A DNA stretch of 64,000 bases from Geosiphon pyriformis uo1. Its lineage: Eukaryota; Fungi; Glomeromycota. Numbering within the stretch: position 1 is the stretch's first letter; every line of letters begins with the position of its first letter. The DNA lies in assembly GCA_016748015.1 (NCBI GenBank), contig JAAOMT010000516.1:1-64000 (forward strand), given 5' to 3'. Below the pieces are notes generated by a model that did no database searches, was not told the DNA's origin, and was given only the letters and a program-made list of their open reading frames with translations. A program made the position numbers and the translations under genes. This document shows positions 1-12,849 of this stretch, in pieces.

Positions 1-717
1 CTATTCTATACTTTTCCCAACGCGCATGTTGTAATGCATTCCAACTATTCTCCTTCTGTTGAACTCATGGCTACTCTACGAACCCCTATTGCTCTTCTAT
101 TAACCTATAATGTTTCTTGTCTCCCAAAGTGAATCTTTAAAATAAGTTTATAACCTAGCTCTGCTATGTTTTAACTCTGCCCAACTAATGACACTCAACT
201 GTCTCTCTTGTAATAGCATTGATAACTTTCAAACTATTCTCCCAACAAACGTGTATTCATTGCTTGATTACCTTGTTGTTCTAAATATGCTCTAATGATC
301 TCATCATCCGGGATACTTCTGTTCTTCTTGATACATTGACCAACAAAGAATTCAGGAATATCGTCCAAGGTAAGTTGCGGGTCCATGTTGTCAAGTTACG
401 AGAAGAAAATGAACGTGTAGTGTGCGCGTTTATATCTTGTTGCGTTCCCTTGCATCATGGGGCATATCACGTTGTAGAACAATTGCATACATCAAATCAG
501 GTTGTCAGATTGTTGCCCCTGTGATTGATGTTTGATCATGTAGATAGACTTAATTTTTAGTGAAATATTATTAAATATGCTATTATCCAGAGTTTTTAGA
601 TAATAAAATTATGCTTTATCTAGATATTCCTGGAAAGTTTGGGTATTATTGATTTTCTTCTTGTTTTTTTTTAATAGTGCTGGTTCCATAGTGAATTTAA
701 TGTAAATTAGTTTTATA

Positions 718-3700
718 CAGTGTGTACAACTTAGTCCCGACCAAAAAATTTTTAAGTGGCCAAATTTGAGATGTTGAGCTGCTATCACAAGACACAGTAA
801 CGTTGTAATTTTATTGGTGCAAATTCGAGTTCACAGATCACATGTTCCCGTGATTCCACAACCGTGACCTGGATGCCTCACTGTAACACGATAATAATTA
901 ATGTTTAAAAAAAATCAATTTTCTTTTAATTGCGCGTGTAATATATATATAAAGATAGCAGCGATAGAACTAACAAAAAGGCAATCAGATACTGAATACC
1001 ACAAAATGAATGAAAGCTCTTATTTGTGTACAAAAAAAAGAACAATTACTTATTAATAATTATAATCGTTTCTATTATAATAATCATTTGAATATTGTAA
1101 TGATCGTAAAAATCGTGGTCAATAAGGACCAAATTTAAATAAAATAAAAAGAACGCGTTAAAAGATATAGAACTGACACGAAATACACTTATAAATAAAT
1201 GAAATCACTTACCTCTTAACCGAAGTCATTACTAATCAGCGAGGAAGTTCTTTCAATAGTAAATAATTCAGTCTAAGTTCCCGCCCCCTGTTATGATTGA
1301 AGTTTGTTAATTATCAAATAAAAGTAACAACTGGTCACGCTAGATTTCATTAGGGAAGATCTCCAATTTACCAACATGCCGCGTCCAACTAAACGTCAAA
1401 AACATTCAAGAAAGGCTTATGAAGCAAAGGTTGCGCGTCGATATATCAAAAATGTATCTATCGACGATGACTCTGAAGATTATCCTGATATTGACAACGC
1501 TTCTTTCTATAATGAGCTGGGCGGTTATGACGATGTCGATAGTTTTTCTGTTCGTGATGAGCCAGTGGAAAATGATAATGCTGTAAGCATTGTTAAAAAA
1601 CTTCAAGAAGCAGCAAAAAAATATTATCAGGAACATGCTTCTTATGAAGCACGTAGACTACGTTATATAGGAAATTCAAGTCGTACTAAAAGAAGAAAGA
1701 ATCAACAACAGCGTGAGGCAGCAAAGGGAACTCTTACGTTGCAAACCTTTTGGGATACCAAGAGATCTGCTGAAGAAGTTGATAAGGAGCTGGCTGACGA
1801 GACTAATGTAGAAGCAAATGATGATATTGGCAGACAATCGGGTAATGAGGATGAGGATTGTAATTGGCATAATAAACTTTCAGCAGCTCTCGAAAACCTG
1901 GTGTTAGATATCAAAAAGGAAAATGTGAATAGTGAGATTTGGATACGTCTAAATGGCATTCGTCTCTATCTCCAACTTGTAAAATGCAGCTATCCAAAAA
2001 TGGAAGCAAGTAAGATTGTTGCTAATGCGATAGGAAAAGGAATATACCATGCTAAATGTATTCGTTCTTGGACACATGAGTATGTAATAACTCATCAAAT
2101 TCCTTACTCTCACTGAGGACATCATGCCAAAATATGGAGCTTTTTTTGGGATGAGGATATCCTTCAAGTAAAATCATATATTCGAGAACATAAGTGGGAT
2201 GTTACTCCACAAATGTTAATGACACAGATAAATGAAATTATTTTGCCAGGACTTGGATTTGCACCATTTTCAACTATTCATTTCAATACAGTAAGAAATT
2301 ATTTGAAAGAACTTGAATATGCATATGTCAAGGTGAAAAAGAGAGTGTATATAAATGGACATGAAAAGGAAGATGTGGTGATCTATTGAAAAATATTTCT
2401 AGAAAAAATGAGTAAACTTGAACATAAGATGTCCACTTTCTTAGAAGATGATTTAAAAAAGATAACCTGGTCAGAGAATAATGTACAACCACTTATTTTT
2501 ATTACACATGATGAGTGTATTTTCTTAGCTTATAATAGAAGTCAAAGTTTTTGAATTCCTAATAGAGAACAATCTTTATGAAAAAAGATAATGGTCATCC
2601 AATTTATGCTAGTGGATTTTTAACTGATGTTTGTAGTTGTCTTGTACTTCCTTAGAAAATGCAAACATCATACAATTTTTCTAGAAAAGTTTGTATTATT
2701 ATGCACTTAAGCAAAAATAATAATGGTTGGTAGAAGGCCGAGGACTTGATTAATCAAATAGTTAAATGTGTTATTTCTATATTTAAAGCATGCTTTTTAG
2801 GATGTTAAACTTTATTTGTATTTGATAATGTATTAAGTTATACCACTTTTTTACCAAATGTACTTATTGCCAAGTATATAAATCTTAGCTTTAGTAGAAA
2901 GCAACCAAAAATACAAAGTACATATTTTGGTAAAAGAATTTAATAAAATATAGTCTTTTATTAGATTATTATATTTCCAAATCGTGTAAACAGACAAAAG
3001 AATTAAAACAAATTCTAACTAAAAAAAAATTATGGCCAAATAAAAAGTTAAAATTAAAAGAAGCATGAAAAGTAATGAGTAAACAACCAAACTTTTTAGC
3101 ATAAAAAAACAGCTAGAAAAGACTATTATTGTAGCTAAACATTAAATTGTATTCTATCTAAAGTTTTATTGTAAACTTAACTATATTAAAAACTTTTAAA
3201 GTGTAACCAAAAAATTTAGTCAATTACATTGTGATTATTTATGGACAGAATTACAAAGAACTGTTTTATTAGTTCTTATTTCTATTTTACTTATAACTAT
3301 TCATTAATATACAAAAAAAATATTTCATTATATAGATGTGTACCAAAAAGACTTAACAGATCAAATAGTAAAATTTGCAGTTAAAAAATACTAATTATAT
3401 TGCTAAGTTCTTGATTCAGTTTTATAATTAATTGATATTTAATAAATTAATTAATTTAGTATTATACTAAAAAGCTGGTGTTATAATTAGGAAAAGTTTA
3501 TTTAATATACTATTTTTAAATTAGCCAATTAGCAATAAATATGATTATATATGTTAATTATGTATAAGTAGCCAAATTATTAGTTTAATAATAAAATTGG
3601 TCAACTTTAAATCACTACTGTTTTTTTAAAAATTATTTTACAGAAAATTTGAAAACATAATATTGTTTAATTTAAATAGCTTTATCATTCTATGATTAAA

Positions 3701-3784
3701 TTTGGTGTCTATTTTATTTTTGAGTAAGAAGTAATAACTTGAATTTTATTAAATTTAGTAGTTAGGACTAAGTTATACACACTA
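718..3784 (+). mobile_element. Tc1/mariner-superfamily (IS630-Tc1-mariner) DNA transposon, full length, 3' half decayed
   Basis: Left TIR CAGTGTGTACAACTTAGTCCCGACC (718-742). Right TIR AGTTAGGACTAAGTTATACACACTA (3760-3784) matches its reverse complement at 20/25; all 5 mismatches are G>A or C>T. TA flanks both ends (716-717, 3785-3786). An internal DDE transposase is present. Confidence 0.9.
1376..3430 (+). pseudogene. Tc1-like DDE transposase, open for 246 aa then disrupted
   Basis: ORF 1376-2116 (basic MPRPTKRQK start) ends at a TGA that is probably CGA>TGA. The decayed continuation carries ITHDECIF (~2501-2524), FDNVLSY (~2821) and FYLKFYCKLNYIKNF* (~3152-3200), degenerate forms of the HDE / DNA..H / PKFHCELN.IE..W motifs of fungal Tc1-like transposases. 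Confidence 0.88.
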
Positions 3785-3889
3785 TATAAAGATAAATACA
3801 ATTGAAATTTAAATCTGTAAATTTCGTGATTATATCAAATGAAATCTGCAATAAATTGTATTTTATTGGCTATATTATATAAGATTAAA

Positions 3890-6330
3890 AAAATAAAATA
3901 TATAAAATATGTAAAAAAGGTAAAAGTACATTATTTTTACTACTATAATATTATTACTAATGGACAAATATGCTTTATTTATTAGGTTTATTATTGCTAA
4001 CTATTCAATATATACAAGTACTACTTATAGAAGTATCCTCAATATTAGACTTATATATATTTAATATGGTATCTCTACAGCTATAAAATTCTAGATCATA
4101 ACTGTATACATAAAAAGTAAATAAGAAATTGTTATTTATATAAATTATACTTTTATATATATAATAGTATTTTATTGAATATTAAAGTACATGAAAGAGA
4201 TATAAAAGCCATTATATTTGTAAATAAAAATACAAACAAAAATACAAATTTAAAGTTGGTATATATAAAAAAATAATATCTAATTAAAATTAAAAAGTAT
4301 TAACTTAATCTTTATTTATAAAAAGAATATTATAAAACTAAATATAATTAAAAAGATTATATTGTAATTCTTCATGACAAGTTATTCAATTTATATAATA
4401 TTGAGTGCTATAAAAATCATGATTTTAATTACATTTGAAAAAAACCACACAAAATAACCAATTTAATTAGAAAAATCATCTCAAATAAAACTACAAATAT
4501 ATTACTTTCAATGATTACAACTGGTAAGTTTAAGTATAAATTCGAAAAAATAATTGAATTTTATTAATATTAACTATTTTTAGAATTAATAAATAATATA
4601 AAAAATTTGAGCACAAATAATAGATTACAAATTAAGTTTAACCAATTTCTGCTTGATTTGTATCTAATCTTGAAACAATTCAAAATACTTTCAAGTATGA
4701 TAAAAAGTTATATTATTTAAATATGTTAGAATAAAAAATTACTTACATTTATTTTTTTATATATATTATTATATAAATTTATTTTATTAACAGATTTATT
4801 TCCTAATAAATACTTATGAAGCTGAAAACATCATTATATTAAAACAATATAGAATTAAGGATGCTCAAAATTCTAAGAGTTAAATTATACTTTTTGGTGT
4901 TGCATCTACAGTTATGTCAAAACTATTATACAAATATCCAGATTTTTTGTCTCTAGATTCTACTAACCATTACAATAGCTTAAATTTCTTTAATATTGTT
5001 TTTATAATTAGATCAGATAAACTATGTGGTCAAGTTTTAGCAATATTTATAAGTAATAAAAAAACAATACCAGTTATTAATTTAATATTTAAGCAAGTAA
5101 ATTGTGTAATAATTTTTGTTCAATTGAAATTTTTAATTTATAAATTGTATAATAATTCTTTTTATTAAAAGTTTATTAAATATAGTTATAAGAGCAATAT
5201 TCAATCAAATTCCAAGTAGTTAGCTATAAATAAATGAGATTTTTATTTAGTAGCAGCCAAGAAACATTTTCCAAAAATTCAAGTAGTCTTGTATAATTGA
5301 CATGAAAATAAAATTTTAAAGATTTATTGGATTTTATATTTTAATCTTATAATATTATCATTTTATAGCTAATGTGCTCAAAAAATGGTTTGCAAAAAAC
5401 ATAAATAATCAATGGCTTAGAAATTAGACATTTTATCAATTTTGAGTTGTCAAACAATCTTGAGATTAAAAAAAATTTGATCAATAGAAACTTATTTTTT
5501 TAAACTTGCAAAAATTCTAAGCTACTATTGGAATAAGAAATTTAACTATTACAAAAGCTATTACAATCTATTTTTAATTATATTGGTTTAGCCAATAAAT
5601 TAGTTAGTGAAAAATAATTTGATTTTATAATTTATATTTCATATAAATATTCTAATACTCTAAATATTTGGCCAGATTATAAGCATATTAATTGTTTTAT
5701 GAAAACAATTATGTTATTAGAAAGTTATTTTAAAAAGAATATGATAATACATTATTGAAAAAAATACACCAAATTTTTACATTCAAATCTTGAAAAATTT
5801 ACTATTTTAATGTATATTAATGCTGAAAAAATAAAAAAGTAAAATACAAAAAATTTTGTAAAAACTATATTAAGTTTTTTTTAAAAGATTTTGGCAAAAA
5901 AAAAGCAAAAATCTAACAAAATCAAAGTTAAAAAAGAAAAAAAAAATTAATTAACAAAAAAAACTGTTATATAAAAAAAATTTGATATAATATTAATAAT
6001 TATTATGTGTGATCTTTTTCTTTAAAAACAATTTATAATTTATATCATTTTTAAAAATTAATTAGTATATCTAGAGTGTTATTCAGTTTGTTGGCATAAA
6101 TATTGTTTTTTAATATGTTAATAGTAAGCTAAAAAATAATTCTAATAAAGAGAACTTTGAGAATTTAGAATCAGAAATTTTTGAACCAATTGACAAAAAT
6201 TTTGTTAAACAATAGATAAAAACATTATATGTTACATATAGAAATAAAAAATTTGCTTGTCTATACAGTTTTAATGTCATTTGAAGTCATAACTGTCAGA
6301 ATATTATTTATCAATTTATTAAAGAATATA
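3890..6330 (+). mobile_element. Degenerate Mutator-like (MULE) transposase relic with SWIM zinc finger
   Basis: LSLDSTN (first catalytic D, ~4947-4967). LAINK*D...FPKIQVVLYN*HE (~5220-5307) is a decayed D...FP....LCxWH. NNY...ESxF-like text at ~5703-5735. FACLYSFNVI*SHNCQNI (~6253-6305) is a decayed SWIM CxC...CxH. Many stops; boundaries approximate; no TIRs found. Confidence 0.65.
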
Positions 6331-8253
6331 AGATAAAAAGATAAAGCTTTTATTAATTTGGTTTAATTTTATATATATATTAATAGTTTATTTTTAGTGA
6401 ATTTATGTTTCAAAAGTAAATATCTTGTTAGTTTATTTAATATTTTTTAATATTAATATTAATATATTATTTATTCTTACAGATATAAATTACAAAGATA
6501 ATATTTTATTTTATTTTATATAATTATATAATAATTTGTCTTTTCTATATAGGTTTGTTGTCAAATTATTTACAACCAATTTTTTTAAGTCTTATTTTTA
6601 TCAAAAAGATGTTAATGACTACATTAAAAATAGGCTTAGATTATTTTAAAAAAGAGGTTCTAAAAATAAAAAAAAATCTGATTAATATTATAAAAATTTA
6701 TTCAACTTTAAGATATAGTTTTAGACAGATTTTATTACAAAGCACAAATTACTAAAATCATTGATAATAACAAAATAATTGTAAATATTAAAAATATTAA
6801 TATTAAGCAACTCACTTTTTAATTAGGTAATATTATTAGATATGCTAATAAATTATTAAAAAAAATTGAAGATAATATAATTGCTTTTTTTATAATTTAT
6901 CTTTTTTAATTATAAATTTATAACTTAATAATTAAAAAAACAAGTTATTTCTATATAATTAGTTCTAATAAACAAAGACTCTTATAGCAATTTAATTGTT
7001 TTTACAATATTATATGATAGAAATCAAAGAAGTTGGTGCTTAATTTTTATATGTTCAATGAATATAAGTCTAATCTTAATTTAAAGCACTTTTGATAATT
7101 AAAATATTTATAAACAAGTTATTTTTTTTGGTAAAATTGAACTAATTTTGCAAACAAATTGTTTTCTTTGCATTTTTGAGCTTATAAAACAAAAATGATG
7201 GATTGAAGCTAAGATTTTTTGGATTGTAAATTTACTATTATATGTAAATTTAATGAAAAAAATCAATTGTATTTATTTAAAAGGCTTTTAAAATAATTTT
7301 TTAAGCAGTTTTTTCTTGGACCAAAATTTTTTTGTTATTAAAAATACAATAACAACTATGTACAGTTTTAACAACTGTTTAAAAAAAGTTTTATTCTCAA
7401 TAAATTGTTTTGATATTATTTTAATGTAAGTTTATTATATATTTTTTATTTTATATAACATTTTTGCTTATTTTTTTTATTTTGCTACAGTTAATATATT
7501 TATATTAATATATATAATTTAATTTATAAAAAACTGCAAATTCTGGTATTATTAGAAAATAATTATTTTAAGTTTTGTTTTAAATACTGGCAAAATTTTT
7601 ATGTAAATTAAAATTCAAATTAACAAATAAAGAAGCTCTAAAAAACGTTTTTACAAATATTTATATGATTAAAAAATACATATCATTGGAGACTGAAAAG
7701 CTTGAATAAAGTGTTTATATTTTTTTTCTTTTTTATTTTGTATTCTAATCTTTTTTTAAGTATTTTTATTAATGTACAGGTAATATTATATTAAAAAAAT
7801 AAATCAAATAATTAGTAATTGTCTCTAATTTTTATAATTTATATTATAGAAATTAGCATTATTAATAAAAAAACATCTTTTTAAAATAAAGATTTATTAG
7901 AAGAAATCAATTTTTTTAAAGAAAATCAAATTACAAAACAAAGATAAATTTGAATTAAGTTTATTACTTATTGTATTATTTATTAATTTTTTAATATAGA
8001 TATTACTTTATAGGAGTTTTTTGTAATAACATCTATTATATTGCTGATATTTATTTTAAAAATGTTAAAAATTTTGGTTAATATCAATACAATGAGTTGC
8101 AAAAAACTTACAAAGCAAAAACAATAACAATTAAAAGTTTGCATCCTTTTTCCAAAAGTGATTATATTATAGATTTTGTTATTTATAGAAAAATTTAAGT
8201 TTTTTGTAACAAAAACTAACTATTATATATAATAAAAAAGAATCTCTATTTTT

Positions 8254-8468
8254 AAGCTTATTTGTTTTAATAATAATAATATTACTTGTTTGAATTTTTC
8301 ATTCAAAGTTGTGTTATTTAGTTTCGTTAACTTTATAGTATTTTTAATTAAATCTGTTTTCTATTATTCTTAAAAACTAATTGTTATATGTAAGCTTATC
8401 TGTTTTAGTAATAACAATATTACTTATTTGAATTTTCCATTTAAATTTGTATTACTTAGTTTGGTTAA
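8254..8468 (+). repeat. Direct repeat of ~76 bp, two copies
   Basis: aagcttatttgttttaataataataatattacttgtttgaatttttcattcaaagttg... (8254-8329) vs aagcttatctgttttagtaataacaatattacttatttgaattttccatttaaatttg... (8392-8468). Confidence 0.75.
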
Positions 8469-9172
8469 TTGGGTTTGCTTTTAAAAGATGTTATTGCTCT
8501 TAAAAAATGTTTATTTATGACAGATTTTACTTAATACAATCATAAAATTTATAGATTTATCTTAGATTTTACCATATTATATTATATTTAACTAAATTAG
8601 CAAATAAATAAAATGTTTTAGTTTAAAAAAAATTATTTTAATAAGAGCAAGCAGAATTTAAAAATTATTTAGAAATTATTTTATTTAAAATTAACAAAAT
8701 TAAAACAATTTACTTAAAATAATAATAAAAAACAAAGCAATATTGTTTAATATGTATTCAAATTCAATAACAAAATAATTTTGTTAAAAAACAACTATTG
8801 AAAAAACAATTAAATTATATTATTAGTTAATTATATATTAAGATATAATTTATTTTTTATTATTATTAAGTTTTACAAGTAAAGTCCAACTGCTATCTAG
8901 TACATAGACCCAAACTAAGTACTTAAACTAAACACAGCTTATGCTCTTACTACATGTGGTCAGTGTTATTAGTAGAATTTTAGCTAGTAATGAACATGAA
9001 ATTACTTTTATAATTTTTATTATTAATTAGCATATATTAATATTATTTCAAATTATCACTTATCATTTAATCAAATTATTAAATATTACTATTTAATTAA
9101 TAATCCAATTTGTATAATTAAAATTAGAATAATCAAATTACACAATATTTTGAACTATGTAACATTTAAAAA

Positions 9173-9264
9173 TTCGTCAAAATTTGTAGAAATTCACCAA
9201 AATTATGAATAGTTCACTGAAATAACTTGTAGTTTGCCAAAATATATTATTAATTTGTTGAAAT
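9173..9264 (+). repeat. 20-bp-period array with an 11-bp core (inferred consensus TTCGCCGAAAT), 5 units
   Basis: Cores ttcgtcaaaat (9173), ttcaccaaaat (9193), ttcactgaaat (9213), tttgccaaaat (9233), tttgttgaaat (9254). Each derives from TTCGCCGAAAT by C>T/G>A changes only. Confidence 0.7.
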
Positions 9265-9833
9265 TATAGTAAAGAGAAAAGTTCAAGTTTATAGACTAGT
9301 ACTAAAACAATTTGTATAAAAAAAGAGCTTCTTTTTTCAAGAAAATATATCTGAACAAGAATTATTTTTTTTAGAATCAATTTTATCTTAAAAATATATT
9401 AATACTCTTTAAAAAAATAATAAATATCAAATAAATTAAAAACTCAAATTTTCGAAATAATTGCACTTAAAATTTTCCAAGATTCAACTAATATTTTGAA
9501 ATTAATTAGCTACCAATTTCAATAAAACTGCTAGTAACTTTAGGTCTGAATAGAAAACAATTTCCTTAACAAAATTTTATTTCTTTTATGTTTTTTTATT
9601 TTTATAATTATTAAGGTAGTTTACAAATAAGATTTTTGTAGAAAAGTTGATTTTTATTACAAAGTAACTACATATTTTAGTAAGCTTTCAAATAAATAAT
9701 TCTTAGAAAAAAGTTGATGTTTACTACAATATAACTATACAAATAACTTGTATTACTTATAAGAAAATAGTACAAAAAAAAGCAGGTAAAAAAACAGATA
9801 GACTAATAAGAAAATAGTATTTAGCATATAAAT

Positions 9834-9959
9834 ACATTGCTCAGTAATATGAAGTATTATTAAAAATTATGACATATTGCTTAACAATATGAAGCATTGT
9901 CAGAAATCACAGTATATTGCTTAACAATATAAGCATTGCTTGAGAAATTATGATACATT
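9834..9959 (+). repeat. ~40-bp tandem repeat, about 3 degenerate units
   Basis: Units resembling ayattgcttaacaatatgaagcattgtyagaaatyayg begin near 9834, 9874 and 9914. Confidence 0.65.
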
Positions 9960-12849
9960 TTTTTAAATATTTTTTTTTAATATAATTAAAATTAAATATA
10001 AAATATTATTATTAACTCATTTTATAAATAATTTTTGAACTTTATAAAAGTATATATACTATTTTTTGTTAATTTTTGTGCATTAAAGTTTGTAATAATA
10101 ATAAATTTAATTTATACATGTATAATTTTTTTTGCTCCTAAAATACTATTATGAAACAGAATTCTTGTAAATTTTTAAAAAAATCAGACATAATTAAAGT
10201 TTTCTATAAAGTGGCAAAATTTTTTTCTAGCTTATTTGCACTGTGTTTAATTAAATAGTCTTGAAAATGATTAATAATGTTTTCTAGAATAAGCTTATCA
10301 GCAGTAATAAGTAATTCTAAATAGTAAGTACTCCATATTTATTAAGAAAAATCTTATTACTGTATATAGTATCTGTGGAAAAAATAAAACATATAAATTT
10401 ATTTTATTCAAAATATTTTAAAGCAAATAAAAACTTTTACTTAAGAATTAGATCAAAAATATTAGATAAAATATTATGTTTAACAAAAATAATTGTATTG
10501 TTTTCTCTTTTAACTTAATTAATAAAAAGGGTTACAACAAAATATTGTGTGATCTTACTGCTGCTAAAATTTGCGAATGAGCTGAAAAATTTTTATATTA
10601 AGTGCTTTTTTAACAACAATCCTAACATCAGAGAAATTATAAATTCCCAAAATTATGATAAAGTGGAAAAAAATTGCTGGAGTGCCATTGATAAGATATA
10701 AAAAACTTTTTCAAATGTTGATATTTTAATTTATAGTCTTTATACTAATATGTGATTAACAGATAATCAAATAAAAAATTAAAATATATATTTTTGAAAC
10801 TCAATATTTGCAAATAAATTTAAGGATTAAAATTTTATTAAACTAAAAAAATATTTTTAATTGTTTAGTTTATTGAAAAATAACTTTTGTTTTTGGAAAA
10901 TAAAAAAAATCTCAGATAACTAAAAAATTTTTCTGAGTAGCTAGTCACATGTTGAAACAGAATAAATCATGTCTATAGTGATAGGATCTCATTTTGTCAT
11001 AGGAAAATTTTTTTTATTAATTTGGTTAATTAAAATTAATTTATTAATATTATAGATTTTTAGAAATTAATAAGTAAATTATAAATTCAAAAACAATAGC
11101 ATTGATATTATATTTTGATTTTATGAATTTTGTTATGTTTCTATGGATTTGGTCAGCCACTTGGTCATTTACAAAATTTTAGTATTAATTACCACTTTTC
11201 TCCAAATATTTATAGTGTTATAGCCAAAATACATATTTGTTGCAAGAATTGCCAATTCTTTTTGTTTGACTAATTGAATATATGTTAGTTTATTTAATAT
11301 TAATAAAAAAGTTTGTAAAAACAAAAAAAGTTAGTCTAAATTATTACACATTTAAATTTAAAATTAAAACCAATATAATAGTAATATCTTAATAAGAATT
11401 TTAAGCAATAAAAATTTTTGTCTTATTAAAACAAAAAATAATAATTACTTTTTTAAACCAAAACAAAATTATAATATTAATGTTTAGTTTAAAGTTATAT
11501 AAAATACAAAATTTGTTTTAATTATATTACATATATTTTTGAATGATTTTTTTATTTGTTGTTTGACTTTAAAAAGTGATCTGATTGATGCATTTTGGGC
11601 TTTACTATAAAATTTATACTTTTATAAAATATTATATTTTTAAACCTATTCATCTATTTGGTGTGAAGCTTAAATTGTTGCTAAAAATTTCTTTTTCTTT
11701 TCAAAATTTTATGTACTATAGATTTTTTATGCCAAATTAACTTATTAATATAATATTAGAAAGTGTTGCCTAGACAAAATCTTATTTTTTAAGCAAGTAT
11801 AAAAAAAATTATGTTTTTTTTGTGAATACAACAGATGAAAATTTTTTTTTTATATAAAGTTTCCTATAATTGCAAAATAATAGTTTAAAAATACTAAATA
11901 AAATAAACTTTTATTTTAAATAAATAATTTTTTTTTTTGGATATTTCAAAATATTCTTCGAATTAGGAAAAAAAATTATTATAGTTGATCAATTATTTTC
12001 GGTTTAACAAAATTTACCATGTACATTCAATTTGTTTTGATAAGAAAATAGTTTTTAAAAATTTTTTTGAAATTGAAAAGCACATATTTGTTTAGTTATA
12101 TAAAGACTAAGATTATTTACCTTTATTTGATTGAAATAGATCAAATATGTATTCACAACAGAAGAACTGGTTAATTGTTTTAATGAATTAATTTATCCAT
12201 TTCCCAACTCTTTAAAACAAAATGACAATGACCAAGAGAAAATATTGACAATGGATATGTTTACATAAATTCACAAATGATCTCATTACCATAAAAACTT
12301 TACTAATTAGAATAATTCTATATTAAAGACTGTATTAATCAAAACAATACAGCATATTATATTACATAAAAATCAAACAGCCTTTTTATGATTTTATTTA
12401 AGAACTTTGAAATTATCTTGATAAACAAAATAAATTGGTAAAAAGATTATAAAAGTACTTAAAAAGAGATATTTTTTCAAAATTTATAATATACAAAGAT
12501 TTTATCATTTTTTTTTGGAATAATAAAATACATAAATTAAAAAATTATTTATTTTTTTAAATTTTTTTATTAAATTTTAAAATATAACTTTTCAAGAAAA
12601 ATAATTTATTGTCAAAAAAATTAAAATTAATATATTAATATATATATATATTAACTTAATTTAATTTAATATTATTTATTTGGTATTATGAATTATCAAA
12701 ATTTATAAATTTAATTCACATTTTTCAAAAATTACATTGTTATGGTGCAAACCATTTATAATCATCAAAAATATAGATCAGTTCGAAATTTTAAATAATG
12801 ATCTTTATGTATTTTTATTTATATAATTAAATTTTATTGGTTAATATAT

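Noticed and set aside
1-540. ORF 336-524 (+) and a broken minus-strand frame (MDPQLTLDDIPEFF…)
   Set aside because: CpG-rich and possibly a TE fragment, but it has no recognisable motif, contains several stops and is truncated by the window edge.
9173-9264. Repeat-spacer pattern superficially like a CRISPR array
   Set aside because: The 11-bp cores and 9-bp linkers are far too short, the context is eukaryotic, and there are no cas genes.
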